DNA from: an uncultured Syntrophobacteraceae bacterium
GTDB lineage: Bacteria > Desulfobacterota > Binatia > UBA9968
Assembly (NCBI GenBank): GCA_964482425.1
Contig: CAYZXN010000328.1
Coordinates: forward strand, 1-61,557
Length of the DNA stretch: 61,557 bases
Direction: 5' to 3'
In this document: positions 40,640 through 50,833 of the stretch, piece by piece
Position numbering within the stretch: the stretch's first letter is position 1
Layout of the letters: each line of letters begins with the position of its first letter
The notes under the pieces: generated by a model
Databases searched by the model: none
What the model was told of the DNA's origin: nothing
Seen by the model: the letters and a program-made list of their open reading frames with translations, nothing else
Made by a program: the position numbers and the translations under genes

Positions 40640-41413
40640 ATGAAAACAGAGTGCGACTTTATCGTTGGAGTAAACCCGATTCTAGAGCAACTCAAATCCC
40701 GGCCTGGAGCAATTTCTGAAATCCTGATCTGTCGGAGTCATTTCACACCTCGGTTGCGAGCCGTAGAACGTCAGGCGCAAGAGCGGCATATCAAACTAAC
40801 ATACGTCACAACCAGTGAGATTGAACAATTAACGCAGGGCCAGAGACATCAAGGAGTTGTGGCTCGGGTGCCGCCGTACGCTTACTGGACTTTGCCTGAC
40901 TTAGAAAAAAATCTAGTTTCTGGTTCAGGACCTCAGTGGATTTTGATGTTGGACGGCCTGAATGATCCAAGAAACTTCGGCGCAATCCTGCGTACGGCGG
41001 AGGCTGTCGGCGTGCGCCATGTCGTGATTCCTAAGGACCGTTCAGTGGGCATTACCCCGGTGGTGATTAAAGCCTCGGCCGGAGCGATCGCTCGCTTACA
41101 AATCTATCGTGTAACTAATCTGCGGCGTGCCATACTGTCGCTTAAAAATAAAGGCTTTTGGATTGCCGGCTTGGATGCGGCCGCTCCGGAGGTCTATTGT
41201 CGCCGAATTTATCCAGAAAAGCTGGGGATTGTGCTGGGCAGTGAAGGCCATGGAATTCGGCCTTTGATCGCCCAGTCATGCGACTACCTGGTACAGATCC
41301 CGATGCGAGGCAGTATAGCCAGTCTTAACGTATCCGTTGCGGGAGCCGTGTTCTTGTATGAGTTAGTGCGCCAACAAGGAAGCATTGACAAGAATAGCCC
41401 TAACGGCTATTAG
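40640..41413 (+). CDS. rlmB: 23S rRNA (guanosine-2'-O)-methyltransferase RlmB (SpoU/TrmH class)
   Basis: N-terminal L30e-like substrate-binding domain plus SpoU motifs LDGLNDPRNFGAILRTAEAVG, LGSEGHGIR and IPMRGSIASLNVSVAGAV. Confidence 0.85.
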   Translation: MKTECDFIVGVNPILEQLKSRPGAISEILICRSHFTPRLRAVERQAQERHIKLTYVTTSEIEQLTQGQRHQGVVARVPPYAYWTLPDLEKNLVSGSGPQWILMLDGLNDPRNFGAILRTAEAVGVRHVVIPKDRSVGITPVVIKASAGAIARLQIYRVTNLRRAILSLKNKGFWIAGLDAAAPEVYCRRIYPEKLGIVLGSEGHGIRPLIAQSCDYLVQIPMRGSIASLNVSVAGAVFLYELVRQQGSIDKNSPNGY

Positions 41414-41453
41414 GAAGCTTCGGTAAAAGGCGGTCAGGGGTACGGCTTCGCTG

Positions 41454-41483
41454 TTGACATCGTTCCTCGAAGGTGGTTTAAAT
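41454..41483 (+). promoter_or_regulatory. candidate promoter of the tRNA-tuf operon (TTGACA-17/18-TTTAAA/TTAAAT)
   Basis: TTGACA is at 41454-41459 with an AT-rich -10 at 41477-41483. Lies about 150 nt upstream of the first tRNA. Confidence 0.4.
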
Positions 41484-41631
41484 AACCGTTTACAAAAGGG
41501 GTAAAGCTCTTTTGCCGTCGCCTAAGATCCAAGATTACACGTCAGAGTTGACTAAGCGGTCGGTGCCACGTTTTCGGCCGTCGAATTGATCGTCTTTGCA
41601 CGCGGTGCAAAACATTCATTGCAGCGTTGAT

Positions 41632-41706
41632 GCTGGCGTAGCTCAACGGCAGAGCAGCTGATTTGTAATCAGCAGGTTGTAGGTTCAAGTCCTATCGCCA
41701 GCTCCA
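41632..41706 (+). tRNA. tRNA-Thr (anticodon TGT)
   Basis: Acceptor GCTGGCG/CGCCAGC, anticodon loop TTTGTAA, and an encoded CCA. The 3' end was calibrated on track ORF 41685..42062. Confidence 0.93.
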
Positions 41707-41794
41707 GCCAAAGAACCGACCTCAAATAGCCTGAGAAGGGTAGTGGTGATCGCGTGGTGAAGGGGCACTTCAGCAAACCGACTGCTGAGAAAAG

Positions 41795-41879
<85 letters not shown>

Positions 41880-41885
41880 TTTTTC

Positions 41886-41961
41886 GCGGGAATAGCTCAG
41901 TTGGTAGAGCGCGAGCCTTCCAAGCTCGGGGTCGCGGGTTCGAGTCCCGTTTCCCGCTCCA
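41886..41961 (+). tRNA. tRNA-Gly (anticodon TCC)
   Basis: Acceptor GCGGGAA/TTCCCGC, anticodon loop CTTCCAA, and an encoded CCA. Confidence 0.93.
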
Positions 41962-42035
41962 GTTTGTGGTTGGCTGATGGCGGAGCGCAGATGGAGTTTC
42001 ATTTCAGCGATCTGCCGTGAGCCATCGACTGATAT

Positions 42036-42108
42036 GCCCAGGTAGCTCAGTCGGTAGAGCACGTCCTTGGTAAGGACGAGGTCAGCGGTTCAATCCCGCT
42101 CCTGGGCT
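42036..42108 (+). tRNA. tRNA-Thr (anticodon GGT), CCA not encoded
   Basis: Acceptor GCCCAGG/CCTGGGC, anticodon loop TTGGTAA, and T-loop TTCAATC. Followed by TTTG instead of CCA. Confidence 0.9.
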
Positions 42109-42163
42109 TTGCCAGCTCATGGTAAACAGAGACTTTAAAACGTAAATCAATCAGGAGGACGAG

Positions 42164-43354
42164 ATGAGCAAGCAAAAGTTTGAGCGCAAGAAGCCGCACT
42201 TGAATATCGGTACTATCGGGCATGTTGACCATGGCAAGACGACACTCACGGCGGCGATCACCAAAGTGCTTGAAAAACAAGGCAAAGCGAAGTTTCTTGC
42301 GTACGATCAAATTGATAAGGCCCCTGAGGAAAGAGAAAGGGGTGTAACCATCAACATTGCTCACGTAGAGTATGAAACTGATAATCGGCACTATGCCCAT
42401 GTCGACTGCCCGGGCCATGCTGACTACGTTAAGAACATGATCACAGGCGCAGCGCAGATGGACGGGGCGATTTTGGTTGTTTCCGCAGCGGACGGCCCCA
42501 TGCCTCAGACCCGGGAACACATTCTTTTGGCGCGTCAGGTGGGCGTGCCGGCGATCGTGGTATTTCTAAATAAAGCGGACATGGTCGATGACAAAGAACT
42601 TTTGGATCTCGTCGAGCTTGAGGTGCGCGAGTTGCTTTCCAAGTATAAATTTCCCGGTGATGATACTCCAATCGTGGTAGGCAGCGCTCTAAAGGCCTTG
42701 GAAGGCGATACCTCGGAGATGGGTGAGGGCGCTATTTTGAAGCTGATGGAGGCGGTGGATTCCTTCGTAAAAGAGCCGGCTCGCGACGTCGACAAACCCT
42801 TTATCATGCCGGTAGAAGACGTTTTTACCATCAGTGGCCGCGGTACCGTCGTAACTGGCCGGGTTGAGCGCGGCATCGTTAAAGTCGGCGAAGAGATAGA
42901 GATCGTGGGCTTTAAAGCTACCCAGAAGACGGTTGCCACCGGTATCGAAATGTTCCGCAAGCTTTTGGACGAAGGACGAGCCGGCGACAACATTGGTGTA
43001 CTGCTGCGGGGTACAAAGCGCGAAGAGGTTGAAAGAGGCCAAGTCCTCGCCAAGCCTGGCAGTATCACGCCGCATACCAAGTTCAACGCAGAGGCGTATG
43101 TCCTCACCAAGGAAGAAGGCGGGCGGCACACGCCATTTTTCAATGGTTATCGGCCGCAGTTCTACTTTCGTACAACCGACGTCACGGGAGTAGTGAAGCT
43201 TCCCGAGGGGACCGAAATGGTAATGCCGGGAGACAATATCAATGTAGAGATTGAACTGATAACTCCGGTTGCTATGGACGACGGTCTGAAGTTCGCCATC
43301 CGAGAAGGTGGCCGAACAGTAGGAGCAGGGGTTGTTACGAAGATCATACAGTAA
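42164..43354 (+). CDS. tuf: elongation factor Tu
   Basis: 396 aa. Contains [23 protein letters not shown] and NKAD. Confidence 0.99.
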   Translation: MSKQKFERKKPHLNIGTIGHVDHGKTTLTAAITKVLEKQGKAKFLAYDQIDKAPEERERGVTINIAHVEYETDNRHYAHVDCPGHADYVKNMITGAAQMDGAILVVSAADGPMPQTREHILLARQVGVPAIVVFLNKADMVDDKELLDLVELEVRELLSKYKFPGDDTPIVVGSALKALEGDTSEMGEGAILKLMEAVDSFVKEPARDVDKPFIMPVEDVFTISGRGTVVTGRVERGIVKVGEEIEIVGFKATQKTVATGIEMFRKLLDEGRAGDNIGVLLRGTKREEVERGQVLAKPGSITPHTKFNAEAYVLTKEEGGRHTPFFNGYRPQFYFRTTDVTGVVKLPEGTEMVMPGDNINVEIELITPVAMDDGLKFAIREGGRTVGAGVVTKIIQ

Positions 43355-43374
43355 ATGTAAAGGAGCGCGCGCTC

Positions 43375-43527
43375 ATGCGGGAACTCGTAGGGTTGGCTTG
43401 CGACCAATGCAAGCGAAAGAATTACACCTCGACGAAAAACAGAAAGACGACCACTGAGAAGCTTTCTTTAAAGAAATTTTGCTCTTCTTGCCGATCCCAT
43501 ACCCTGCATCGCGAGGTCAAAGTCTAA
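43375..43527 (+). CDS. rpmG: 50S ribosomal protein L33
   Basis: 50-codon ORF below the track cutoff: MRELVGLACDQCKRKNYTSTKNRKTTTEKLSLKKFCSSCRSHTLHREVKV. An AAGGAG RBS precedes it. It sits in the conserved position between tuf and tRNA-Trp/secE. Confidence 0.9.
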   Translation: MRELVGLACDQCKRKNYTSTKNRKTTTEKLSLKKFCSSCRSHTLHREVKV

Positions 43528-43539
43528 CGAGGATACAGG

Positions 43540-43617
43540 GGGTCAGTAGCTCCAATTGGCTAGAGCGCCGGACTCCAAATCCGGTTGTTGCAGGTTCGAG
43601 TCCTGCCTGACCCGCCA
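43540..43617 (+). tRNA. tRNA-Trp (anticodon CCA)
   Basis: Acceptor GGGTCAG/CTGACCC, anticodon loop CTCCAAA, T-arm GCAGG-TTCGAGT-CCTGC, and an encoded CCA. Calibrated on track ORF 43556..43777. Confidence 0.92.
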
Positions 43618-43635
43618 TTCACTGAGTTATTCCGC

Positions 43636-43851
43636 ATGGGAGATTGGATCCAGAAGCTCCAGGATGGTATTCGGCGGACGATCGAGTTTGTCAAAGAAGC
43701 CTGGCAAGAGCTGCAGAAGGTGCACTGGCCATCGCGCAAGGAGACCTACGCGGCAACGGCTGTCGTCATTGTCGTAGTGGTGTTGGTATCGATTTATTTA
43801 GCACTGATCGACTTTGGCTTTACCACGGTTATTCAAGCAATTATCGACTAA
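43636..43851 (+). CDS. secE: preprotein translocase subunit SecE
   Basis: 71 aa. FVKEAWQELQKVHWPSRKET followed by a single TM helix. Start at the internal ATG of track ORF 43585..43851. Confidence 0.9.
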   Translation: MGDWIQKLQDGIRRTIEFVKEAWQELQKVHWPSRKETYAATAVVIVVVVLVSIYLALIDFGFTTVIQAIID

Positions 43852-43864
43852 TCTCAGGTCCCGT

Positions 43865-44395
43865 ATGGCAAAGCAATGGTATATCGTCCACACCTTTTCA
43901 GGGTTCGAACAGAAGGCGAAGGCCGCTTTAGAAGAGCGCATTAAAACTTTGGGCAAGAAGGATTTTTTCGGCGAGATACTTGTACCGGTCGAAAAGGTCG
44001 TAGAACTCGTCAAAGGCAAGAAGAAAACTTCTTCGAGAAAATTTTTCCCCGGTTACATCCTAGTTCAGATGGAACTGAATGATGACACCTGGCATGTCGT
44101 TAAGGAGACGCCTAAGATCACAGGGTTTGTCGGCGGCAGTACAAACCCGGCTCCCGTTAGCGAGGAAGAGGTTAGGGCTATTACTCTGCAAATGGAAGAG
44201 GGAGCGGTCAAGCCCAAGCCCCGGGTGCTATTTTCGGTGGGCGAAAACGTTAAAGTTATCGATGGGCCTTTCGCGGATTTCAACGGCGTCGTCGAAGAAG
44301 TGCGTCCGGAAAAGGGTAAGTTGCGAGTGCTGATAAGCATCTTTGGCCGTGCCACCCCGGTCGAGCTGGAGTTCGTTCAGGTCGAGAGAAATTAG
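43865..44395 (+). CDS. nusG: transcription termination/antitermination factor NusG
   Basis: MAKQWYIVHTFSGFEQKAK (NGN domain) and a C-terminal KOW motif (VGENVKVIDGPFADFNGVVEEV). Confidence 0.96.
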   Translation: MAKQWYIVHTFSGFEQKAKAALEERIKTLGKKDFFGEILVPVEKVVELVKGKKKTSSRKFFPGYILVQMELNDDTWHVVKETPKITGFVGGSTNPAPVSEEEVRAITLQMEEGAVKPKPRVLFSVGENVKVIDGPFADFNGVVEEVRPEKGKLRVLISIFGRATPVELEFVQVERN

Positions 44396-44416
44396 AGATC
44401 GATAAGGATCATCAGA

Positions 44417-44842
44417 ATGGCAAAGAAGGTCATCGGAGAAATAAAGCTGCAGATTCCCGCCGGAGCTGCCAACCCAAGCCCGCCGGTGGGACCGGCCCTA
44501 GGGCAACGCGGCGTGAACATAATGGAATTTTGCAAGGCGTTTAACGCTGCAACCCAATCGCAACAAGGGATGATCACGCCTGTTGTTATCACGGTTTATG
44601 CGGATCGATCTTTTACCTTTGTTACGAAAACGCCGCCAGCGTCTGTATTGCTGAAGAAGGCTGCGGGGGTAGAAAAAGGATCGTCACAGCCGGGTAAGAC
44701 GACGGTTGGTAAGGTCACTCGAGCTCAAGTCCGACAAATCGCTGAACTCAAGCTTAAGGACCTCACAGCGGGGGACCTGGCGGCTGCGGAAAAGTCCGTG
44801 GAAGGCACTGCGCGCAGTTTGGGACTCGATGTCGAGGGTTGA
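44417..44842 (+). CDS. rplK: 50S ribosomal protein L11
   Basis: [43 protein letters not shown]. Confidence 0.98.
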   Translation: MAKKVIGEIKLQIPAGAANPSPPVGPALGQRGVNIMEFCKAFNAATQSQQGMITPVVITVYADRSFTFVTKTPPASVLLKKAAGVEKGSSQPGKTTVGKVTRAQVRQIAELKLKDLTAGDLAAAEKSVEGTARSLGLDVEG

Positions 44843-44899
44843 AGAGGGACCTGAAAGTAGAAGTGGCTGATCGAATTGAATTAAGATCGGGGAGAAGTC

Positions 44900-45604
44900 A
44901 TGAGCGGTTTTGGTAAATCTTATCGAACTGTGTTGGCGAAGGTCGACCGCAGCCAGCGCTATCCACTGGAAGAGGGCCTGAAGCTTGCACGGGAAACGGC
45001 GCGCGCAAAGTTTGACGAAACCGTTGAGCTCGCAATACGTCTCGGAGTAGACCCCCGGCAAGCGGACCAGAATGTCCGCGGAACAGTGACGTTGCCGCAC
45101 GGTATGGGTAAGACGGTGCGTGTGCTAGCGTTTGCCAAGGGGGAGAAGGAGAAAGAAGCGCAAGAAGCGGGAGCTGATTTCGTCGGAGGCGATGAGCTGA
45201 TTAAAAAGATCAGCGAGGGTTGGGTTGATTTCGATAAGGCCGTAGCGACGCCGGATATGATGGCAGCAGTCGGTCGGATCGGCAAGGTCCTAGGGCCCCG
45301 CGGCCTTATGCCGAACCCGAAGACCGGAACCGTCTCGACGGATATTGCTCGTGCCGTCAAAGAGATTAAGGCTGGCAAGCTGGAGTTCCGTGTCGATAAA
45401 GCGGGAATAGTGCACGTTCCGGTCGGTAAGGCATCTTTCGGCGCTGAACAGCTCACTGACAATGCCCGAGCCGTGTTGCAGTCGATTCTGCGAGCTAAAC
45501 CCGCTTCCGCGAAAGGCAACTACATCCGTGGTGTGACGTTATCGACGACCATGGGGCCGGGAATCAAAATCGATTTGTCAGAAGTTCGCGCGATGGCTGC
45601 TTAG
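44900..45604 (+). CDS. rplA: 50S ribosomal protein L1
   Basis: 234 aa. Contains [24 protein letters not shown] and [14 protein letters not shown]. Confidence 0.97.
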   Translation: MSGFGKSYRTVLAKVDRSQRYPLEEGLKLARETARAKFDETVELAIRLGVDPRQADQNVRGTVTLPHGMGKTVRVLAFAKGEKEKEAQEAGADFVGGDELIKKISEGWVDFDKAVATPDMMAAVGRIGKVLGPRGLMPNPKTGTVSTDIARAVKEIKAGKLEFRVDKAGIVHVPVGKASFGAEQLTDNARAVLQSILRAKPASAKGNYIRGVTLSTTMGPGIKIDLSEVRAMAA

Positions 45605-45654
45605 AGCAGCTCTCAGAAAACTCTTCAGGAGATTTTTGCGCATTGGGAGACACT

Positions 45655-46197
45655 ATGGCGGAGTTGGAAACTGTACGTGCGAGTCACGTAGAGAAGGCCG
45701 AAACGGTAGCGGCTGTACATGAAAAATTCAAGAATGCGAAGATGGCTATCGCCACTGAGTTCCGCGGTCTCACCGTAGGTAAGATGACGCAGTTGCGGCG
45801 TGAGATACGCGAGGTCTCAGGAGAGTATCAGGTCATCAAAAATACTCTGGTGCGCAGAGCTCTCGAGGGAACGGTTTACAGCGATCTTGAGCGGCTGCTC
45901 GAAGGCCCTAATGGTTGGGTATTCGCGTACGATGATCCGGTTTTACTGTCCAAGACACTCTTCAAGTTTGTCGACGCGAACGAAAAGTTGACTATAAAGG
46001 GGGCGATGTTCGAGGGCGAATTGATGGATCCCGGCACGGTCAAGGCCCTCTCTCAGATGCCGAGTAAGCCCGAGCTGCAGGCCAAGTTGCTTGCGCTTAT
46101 GCAGGCGCCCGCCACGTACCTGGTCCGCCTCATTCAAGAGCCGGCATTACGAATCGTTAGACTACTCGACGCGGCAGCCAGAGAAACATCGGAATAG
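45655..46197 (+). CDS. rplJ: 50S ribosomal protein L10
   Basis: L10-like sequence (EFRGLTVGKMTQLRREIRE...) in the conserved position. ATG 45655 is preferred over TTG 45643 because of the upstream GGGAGA. Confidence 0.93.
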   Translation: MAELETVRASHVEKAETVAAVHEKFKNAKMAIATEFRGLTVGKMTQLRREIREVSGEYQVIKNTLVRRALEGTVYSDLERLLEGPNGWVFAYDDPVLLSKTLFKFVDANEKLTIKGAMFEGELMDPGTVKALSQMPSKPELQAKLLALMQAPATYLVRLIQEPALRIVRLLDAAARETSE

Positions 46198-46238
46198 CAA
46201 CACTTTCGATTTATAACTAATTCAAAGGGGGAATGTTT

Positions 46239-46616
46239 ATGGCAGAGGTATCAAAAGAACAGGTAAAAGACTACATCAAGAATATGACGTTGTTGGATGC
46301 TGCGGCTCTCGTCAAAGAACTCGAAGAAGAGTTGGGAGTGAGCGCGGCTGCGCCCATGGCAGTGGCCGCCGCAGCTGGCGGAACTGCCGCACCAGTCGAG
46401 GAGAAAACCGAGTTTAATGTCGTTCTTACCGAAGCCGGTGAAAAGAAAATCCAGGTCATCAAGGTTGTGCGTGAACTTACCGGCCTTGGTTTGAAAGAGG
46501 CGAAAGATCTTGTTGATGGCGCTCCAAAGAACGTCAAAGAGGGTATAGCCAAAGCGGAGGCTGAGTCGATCAAGAAAAAGCTCGAGGAGCAAGGAGCTAA
46601 GGTCGAAATTAAGTAG
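46239..46616 (+). CDS. rplL: 50S ribosomal protein L7/L12
   Basis: Ala-rich hinge plus C-terminal domain [33 protein letters not shown]. Confidence 0.97.
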   Translation: MAEVSKEQVKDYIKNMTLLDAAALVKELEEELGVSAAAPMAVAAAAGGTAAPVEEKTEFNVVLTEAGEKKIQVIKVVRELTGLGLKEAKDLVDGAPKNVKEGIAKAEAESIKKKLEEQGAKVEIK

Positions 46617-46685
46617 CGAACTTCAGGCAGAGTTCGTGTCGGATGGATCATCGGAGATATAGTTTAGATGCTAGAAGGAGCAGCG

Positions 46686-49600
46686 ATGGCATTTCAAGTG
46701 GCCAACAATTTACGGTTTCGCCGCAGCTTTGGCAGAATTAAAAGAATCATCGATCTGCCATACCTGATTGAAATCCAGAAAAACTCCTACGATTTATTTC
46801 TGCAGAGGGATTCTTCCCCCGCGCAGCGCGATAATATGGGGTTGCAAGAGGTTTTTAAGTCGGTTTTCCCGATCAGGGACTTCAATGAGACGGCTTCGCT
46901 GGAATTCGTCAGCTACACCCTCGGCGAGCCCAAGTACGACGTCGATGAATGCCACCAAAGGGGCATGACTTTCGCGGCGCCGTTGAAAGTGACCGTGCAG
47001 CTTGTCTTGTGGGACGTGGACGCACAAACCGGCGCCCGCAGCATTAAGAATGTCAAGGAACAGGAGGTATATTTTGGCGAAGTTCCCTTGATGACGAAAA
47101 ACGGTACGTTCATGGTAAACGGAACCGAGCGGGTCATTGTCAGCCAGTTGCACCGTTCCCCAGGTGTTTTTTTCGAGCATGACAAGGGAAAGACCCATGC
47201 CAGCGGCAAGTTGCTCTACTCCGCCCGTGTTATACCGTACCGCGGTTCCTGGGTGGACCTGGAGTTTGACCCGCGGGATATTATCTATGTTCGCATCGAT
47301 CGTCGGCGCAAATTTCACGCTTCTGTACTGCTCAGGGCGCTGGGCATGACAACCGAAGACTTGCTGAACTACTATTATCGGAGCGATACGGTCATTTTCG
47401 ACGGCCGTAAACCGGCGCTTACCTTTAATCCCGCGCATCTTATGGGAGCTCGGGTAACCACCGACGTTCGAGATCCTAAAAGCAACGAGCTTATAGTGAA
47501 AGAAGGGAAAAAGTTTACCCGCCCCGTACTACGCCAAATGGAACAAGCCAAGGTCAAGCTAGTTCCGATTGCTTGGGAAGAGATTCTTGGCCGGATCGCT
47601 GCGCATGACATCGTCGATGCTAATACCAAGGAGGTGATCGTCGAGTGCAATCATCCCATCACGCAAGAGAAATTGGACATTATTCGTGAGAAAGGTATTC
47701 ACCAGATCGAAGTTCTATTCATCGAGGAGTCGACGGTGGGTCCCTATTTGCGCAACACCTTGCTGCAAGACCGCATCAATTCCCCGCAAGATGCGATCTT
47801 AGAGATCTATCGCCGCCTGAGACCGGGCGATCCTCCGACTGTCGAGTCCGCAACCAATTTCTTTAATAATCTGTTCTTTAATCCGGATCGTTACGATCTA
47901 TCCAAGGTCGGTCGGCTCAAGCTTAATCACCGCTTGAGACTCTCGGTACCCTTGGAGCAAGGCACGCTCCGAAAGGAAGATATCCTCGAAGTCGTTCGCT
48001 ACCTTATGGAGCTAAAGAACGGCAACGGCTCAGTCGATGATATCGATCATCTCGGCAATCGACGTGTGCGTGCGGTGGGCGAACTGGTCGAAAATCATTT
48101 CCGGGTCGGACTGGTTCGGATGGAGCGCGCCATCAAAGAAAAGATGAGCCTACAGGACATAGAGACGCTGATGCCCCAGGAGTTGATTAACTATAAGCCG
48201 GTCTCCGCCGCGCTCAAAGAATTCTTCGGCTCCAGTCAGTTGTCGCAGTTCATGGATCAAACCAATCCGCTTTCCGAGATCACTCACAAACGCCGCCTTT
48301 CAGCGTTAGGTCCTGGCGGCCTGACCCGGGAACGAGCGGGGTTTGAGGTCCGGGACGTTCATCCGACGCACTACGGCCGGGTATGCCCCATCGAGACCCC
48401 GGAGGGTCCTAATATCGGTCTGATCGCTTCCTTGACCACTTATGCCCGGGTCAACGAGTTCGGCTTCATTGAGACGCCATACCGCGAGGTCGAGAATGGC
48501 CGAGTGACGGATCGAATACGCTATCTTTCGGCGCTCGAGGAAGAAGACCACGTCATCGCACAGGCTAATGCGCCGATCGATGGTCGCGGTGCTTTTACCG
48601 TTGATCTAGTCTCCGCCCGTAAAGGCGGCGAATTCGTTATGGCGCACCCCGACGAAGTCAATTTTATGGACGTCTCTCCCAACCAGCTTGTGAGCGTGGC
48701 GGCGTCTCTGATTCCGTTCCTGGAAAACGACGACGCCAATCGGGCTCTGATGGGATCCAACATGCAGCGGCAGGCTGTGCCGTTGCTTAGGACCGAGGCA
48801 CCTTTTGTCGGCACCGGGATGGAGAAAACGGTGGCACGAGATTCGGGCGTAACCGTAGTCGCCAAACGCGACGGCATCATTGAGAGCGTCGATTCCACCC
48901 GTATCGTGGTGAAGGCCGACAAATCGTCCGGGGCGAGAGATACGGGCGTCGACATCTATAATTTGGTCAAATACCAGCGGTCGAATCAGAATACGTGTAT
49001 CAATCAGCGGCCGATCGTCATGGTTGGCGATCAAGTTAGAGCGGGCGATGTCATTGCCGATGGTCCTTCCACTGAAATGGGTGAATTGGCCCTCGGTCGC
49101 AATGTTCTTGTCGCCCTGATGCCGTGGGGCGGGTACAATTTCGAAGATTCCATATTGATCAGCGAGCGTGTCGTCAAAGAAGATATTTATACCTCGATTC
49201 ACATCGAAGAATTCGAGTGCGTCTCGCGCGATACAAAGTTGGGTCCCGAAGAGATCACCCGGGATATTCCCAACGTCGGCGATGAAGCACTTACGGATCT
49301 CGACGACAGCGGTATCATCCGAATCGGCGCCGAGGTCAAACCGGGCGACATTCTCGTCGGTAAAATAACACCCAAGGGCGAAACCCAGCTCTCGCCGGAA
49401 GAGAAATTGTTACGGGCGATTTTCGGTGAAAAGGCGGGCGAAGTGCGCGATACGTCGTTGCGCGTTCCGCCGGGTGTGGAAGGCACCGTCATCAACGTGC
49501 GAATTTTTTCGCGCAAGGGTTTGGGAAAAGACGAGAGAAGCAAGGCAATTGAAGACGAAGAGATCATACGGCTTCGCAAAGATCAACACGATGAAATCCG

Positions 49601-50789
49601 CATCCTGCAGGATGGCGCGCTAAAACGGCTGAAGAAGCTTTTGGTAGGGCGCAAGCTCGCCAATCGCCTGAGCGATGACAGCCGTAAAATGCTGCTTACC
49701 AAGGGAAAAGAAATCACCGACGAAGATCTCGACCAGCTGCCGATGAGCTACTGGAGCGAAATTCGCGTCGATAATCCGTCGGCGGAAGCGGAACTGGATC
49801 GGATCGTAGAAAGCACGTCCGGACAGGTCAAACTCATCAAGGAGCTTTTTGAAGACAAGATTGAAAAGCTCAGGGGCGGTGACGAACTTCCTCCTGGTGT
49901 CATTAAGATGGTGAAGGTTTTCGTTGCCATCAAGCGTAAGCTGCAGGTGGGCGACAAGATGGCCGGCCGGCATGGTAACAAGGGCGTCATCTCCCGAATA
50001 CTGCCGGAAGAAGACATGCCTTATCTGGAGGATGGCACTCCGGTGGACGTCGTACTCAATCCGCTCGGAGTACCGTCACGTATGAACGTGGGGCAGATTT
50101 TGGAAGCCCATTTGGGATGGGCAGCGCGCAGCCTGGGGCATCAGGTTGATCGTTTGATGCGCCATCATCGCCAGGATATCGATGGGTTGCGCAAGCGTCT
50201 AAAGGATTATCTCAATACCAGGGAAGCCAATGATCTGATAGATGGGGCGAAAGACGCCGAGATTTACAAGCTGGCTGAAAAGTATCGCGATGGCATCCGA
50301 TTGGCGTCGCCCGTGTTTGACGGTGCGGCCGAAGAAGAAATTTTCAATCTCTTGCGAAAAGCCGACTTGCCGGTTACCGGCCAGGTGACTCTGTGCGACG
50401 GTCGAAGCGGCGAGCCGTTCGACGGCAAGGTGACGGTCGGAGTGATGTACATCATGAAACTGCACCATCTCGTCGACGACAAGATTCATGCCCGTTCGAC
50501 CGGCCCTTACTCTCTGGTCACCCAACAGCCATTGGGTGGAAAGGCTCAATTTGGCGGTCAACGGTTAGGAGAGATGGAAGTCTGGGCATTGGAAGCATAC
50601 GGCGCGGCCTACACGCTTCAAGAGATGCTCACTGTTAAGTCCGATGACGTTGTCGGGCGCACGCGGATGTATGAGGCGATTGTTAAAGGGGACAATCTTC
50701 TCGAACCCGGATTGCCTGAATCGTTTAACGTCATGGTCAAGGAGCTCCAGAGTCTGGGGCTCGACGTCGATTTAGTAGAAGAAAAATAG
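46686..50789 (+). CDS. rpoB: DNA-directed RNA polymerase subunit beta
   Basis: About 1367 aa. Rif-cluster region [34 protein letters not shown] and [11 protein letters not shown] 46686 has a GGAG at suitable spacing. Confidence 0.99.
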   Translation: MAFQVANNLRFRRSFGRIKRIIDLPYLIEIQKNSYDLFLQRDSSPAQRDNMGLQEVFKSVFPIRDFNETASLEFVSYTLGEPKYDVDECHQRGMTFAAPLKVTVQLVLWDVDAQTGARSIKNVKEQEVYFGEVPLMTKNGTFMVNGTERVIVSQLHRSPGVFFEHDKGKTHASGKLLYSARVIPYRGSWVDLEFDPRDIIYVRIDRRRKFHASVLLRALGMTTEDLLNYYYRSDTVIFDGRKPALTFNPAHLMGARVTTDVRDPKSNELIVKEGKKFTRPVLRQMEQAKVKLVPIAWEEILGRIAAHDIVDANTKEVIVECNHPITQEKLDIIREKGIHQIEVLFIEESTVGPYLRNTLLQDRINSPQDAILEIYRRLRPGDPPTVESATNFFNNLFFNPDRYDLSKVGRLKLNHRLRLSVPLEQGTLRKEDILEVVRYLMELKNGNGSVDDIDHLGNRRVRAVGELVENHFRVGLVRMERAIKEKMSLQDIETLMPQELINYKPVSAALKEFFGSSQLSQFMDQTNPLSEITHKRRLSALGPGGLTRERAGFEVRDVHPTHYGRVCPIETPEGPNIGLIASLTTYARVNEFGFIETPYREVENGRVTDRIRYLSALEEEDHVIAQANAPIDGRGAFTVDLVSARKGGEFVMAHPDEVNFMDVSPNQLVSVAASLIPFLENDDANRALMGSNMQRQAVPLLRTEAPFVGTGMEKTVARDSGVTVVAKRDGIIESVDSTRIVVKADKSSGARDTGVDIYNLVKYQRSNQNTCINQRPIVMVGDQVRAGDVIADGPSTEMGELALGRNVLVALMPWGGYNFEDSILISERVVKEDIYTSIHIEEFECVSRDTKLGPEEITRDIPNVGDEALTDLDDSGIIRIGAEVKPGDILVGKITPKGETQLSPEEKLLRAIFGEKAGEVRDTSLRVPPGVEGTVINVRIFSRKGLGKDERSKAIEDEEIIRLRKDQHDEIRILQDGALKRLKKLLVGRKLANRLSDDSRKMLLTKGKEITDEDLDQLPMSYWSEIRVDNPSAEAELDRIVESTSGQVKLIKELFEDKIEKLRGGDELPPGVIKMVKVFVAIKRKLQVGDKMAGRHGNKGVISRILPEEDMPYLEDGTPVDVVLNPLGVPSRMNVGQILEAHLGWAARSLGHQVDRLMRHHRQDIDGLRKRLKDYLNTREANDLIDGAKDAEIYKLAEKYRDGIRLASPVFDGAAEEEIFNLLRKADLPVTGQVTLCDGRSGEPFDGKVTVGVMYIMKLHHLVDDKIHARSTGPYSLVTQQPLGGKAQFGGQRLGEMEVWALEAYGAAYTLQEMLTVKSDDVVGRTRMYEAIVKGDNLLEPGLPESFNVMVKELQSLGLDVDLVEEK

Positions 50790-50833
50790 GTGACCCCTGT
50801 GAAGCTACTGCGCTGATCCCGGAGGTGGACCTC

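Noticed and set aside
42036-42108. tRNA-Thr(GGT) is the only one of the 8 tRNAs without a genomically encoded CCA.
   Set aside because: Mixed CCA encoding is common in bacteria, and CCA-adding enzyme supplies the end. This is not anomalous.
46617-46636. Small hairpin CGAACT-n8-AGTTCG between rplL and rpoB. E. coli has an attenuator at this position.
   Set aside because: It has only a 6-bp stem and no U-tract, which is too weak to call.
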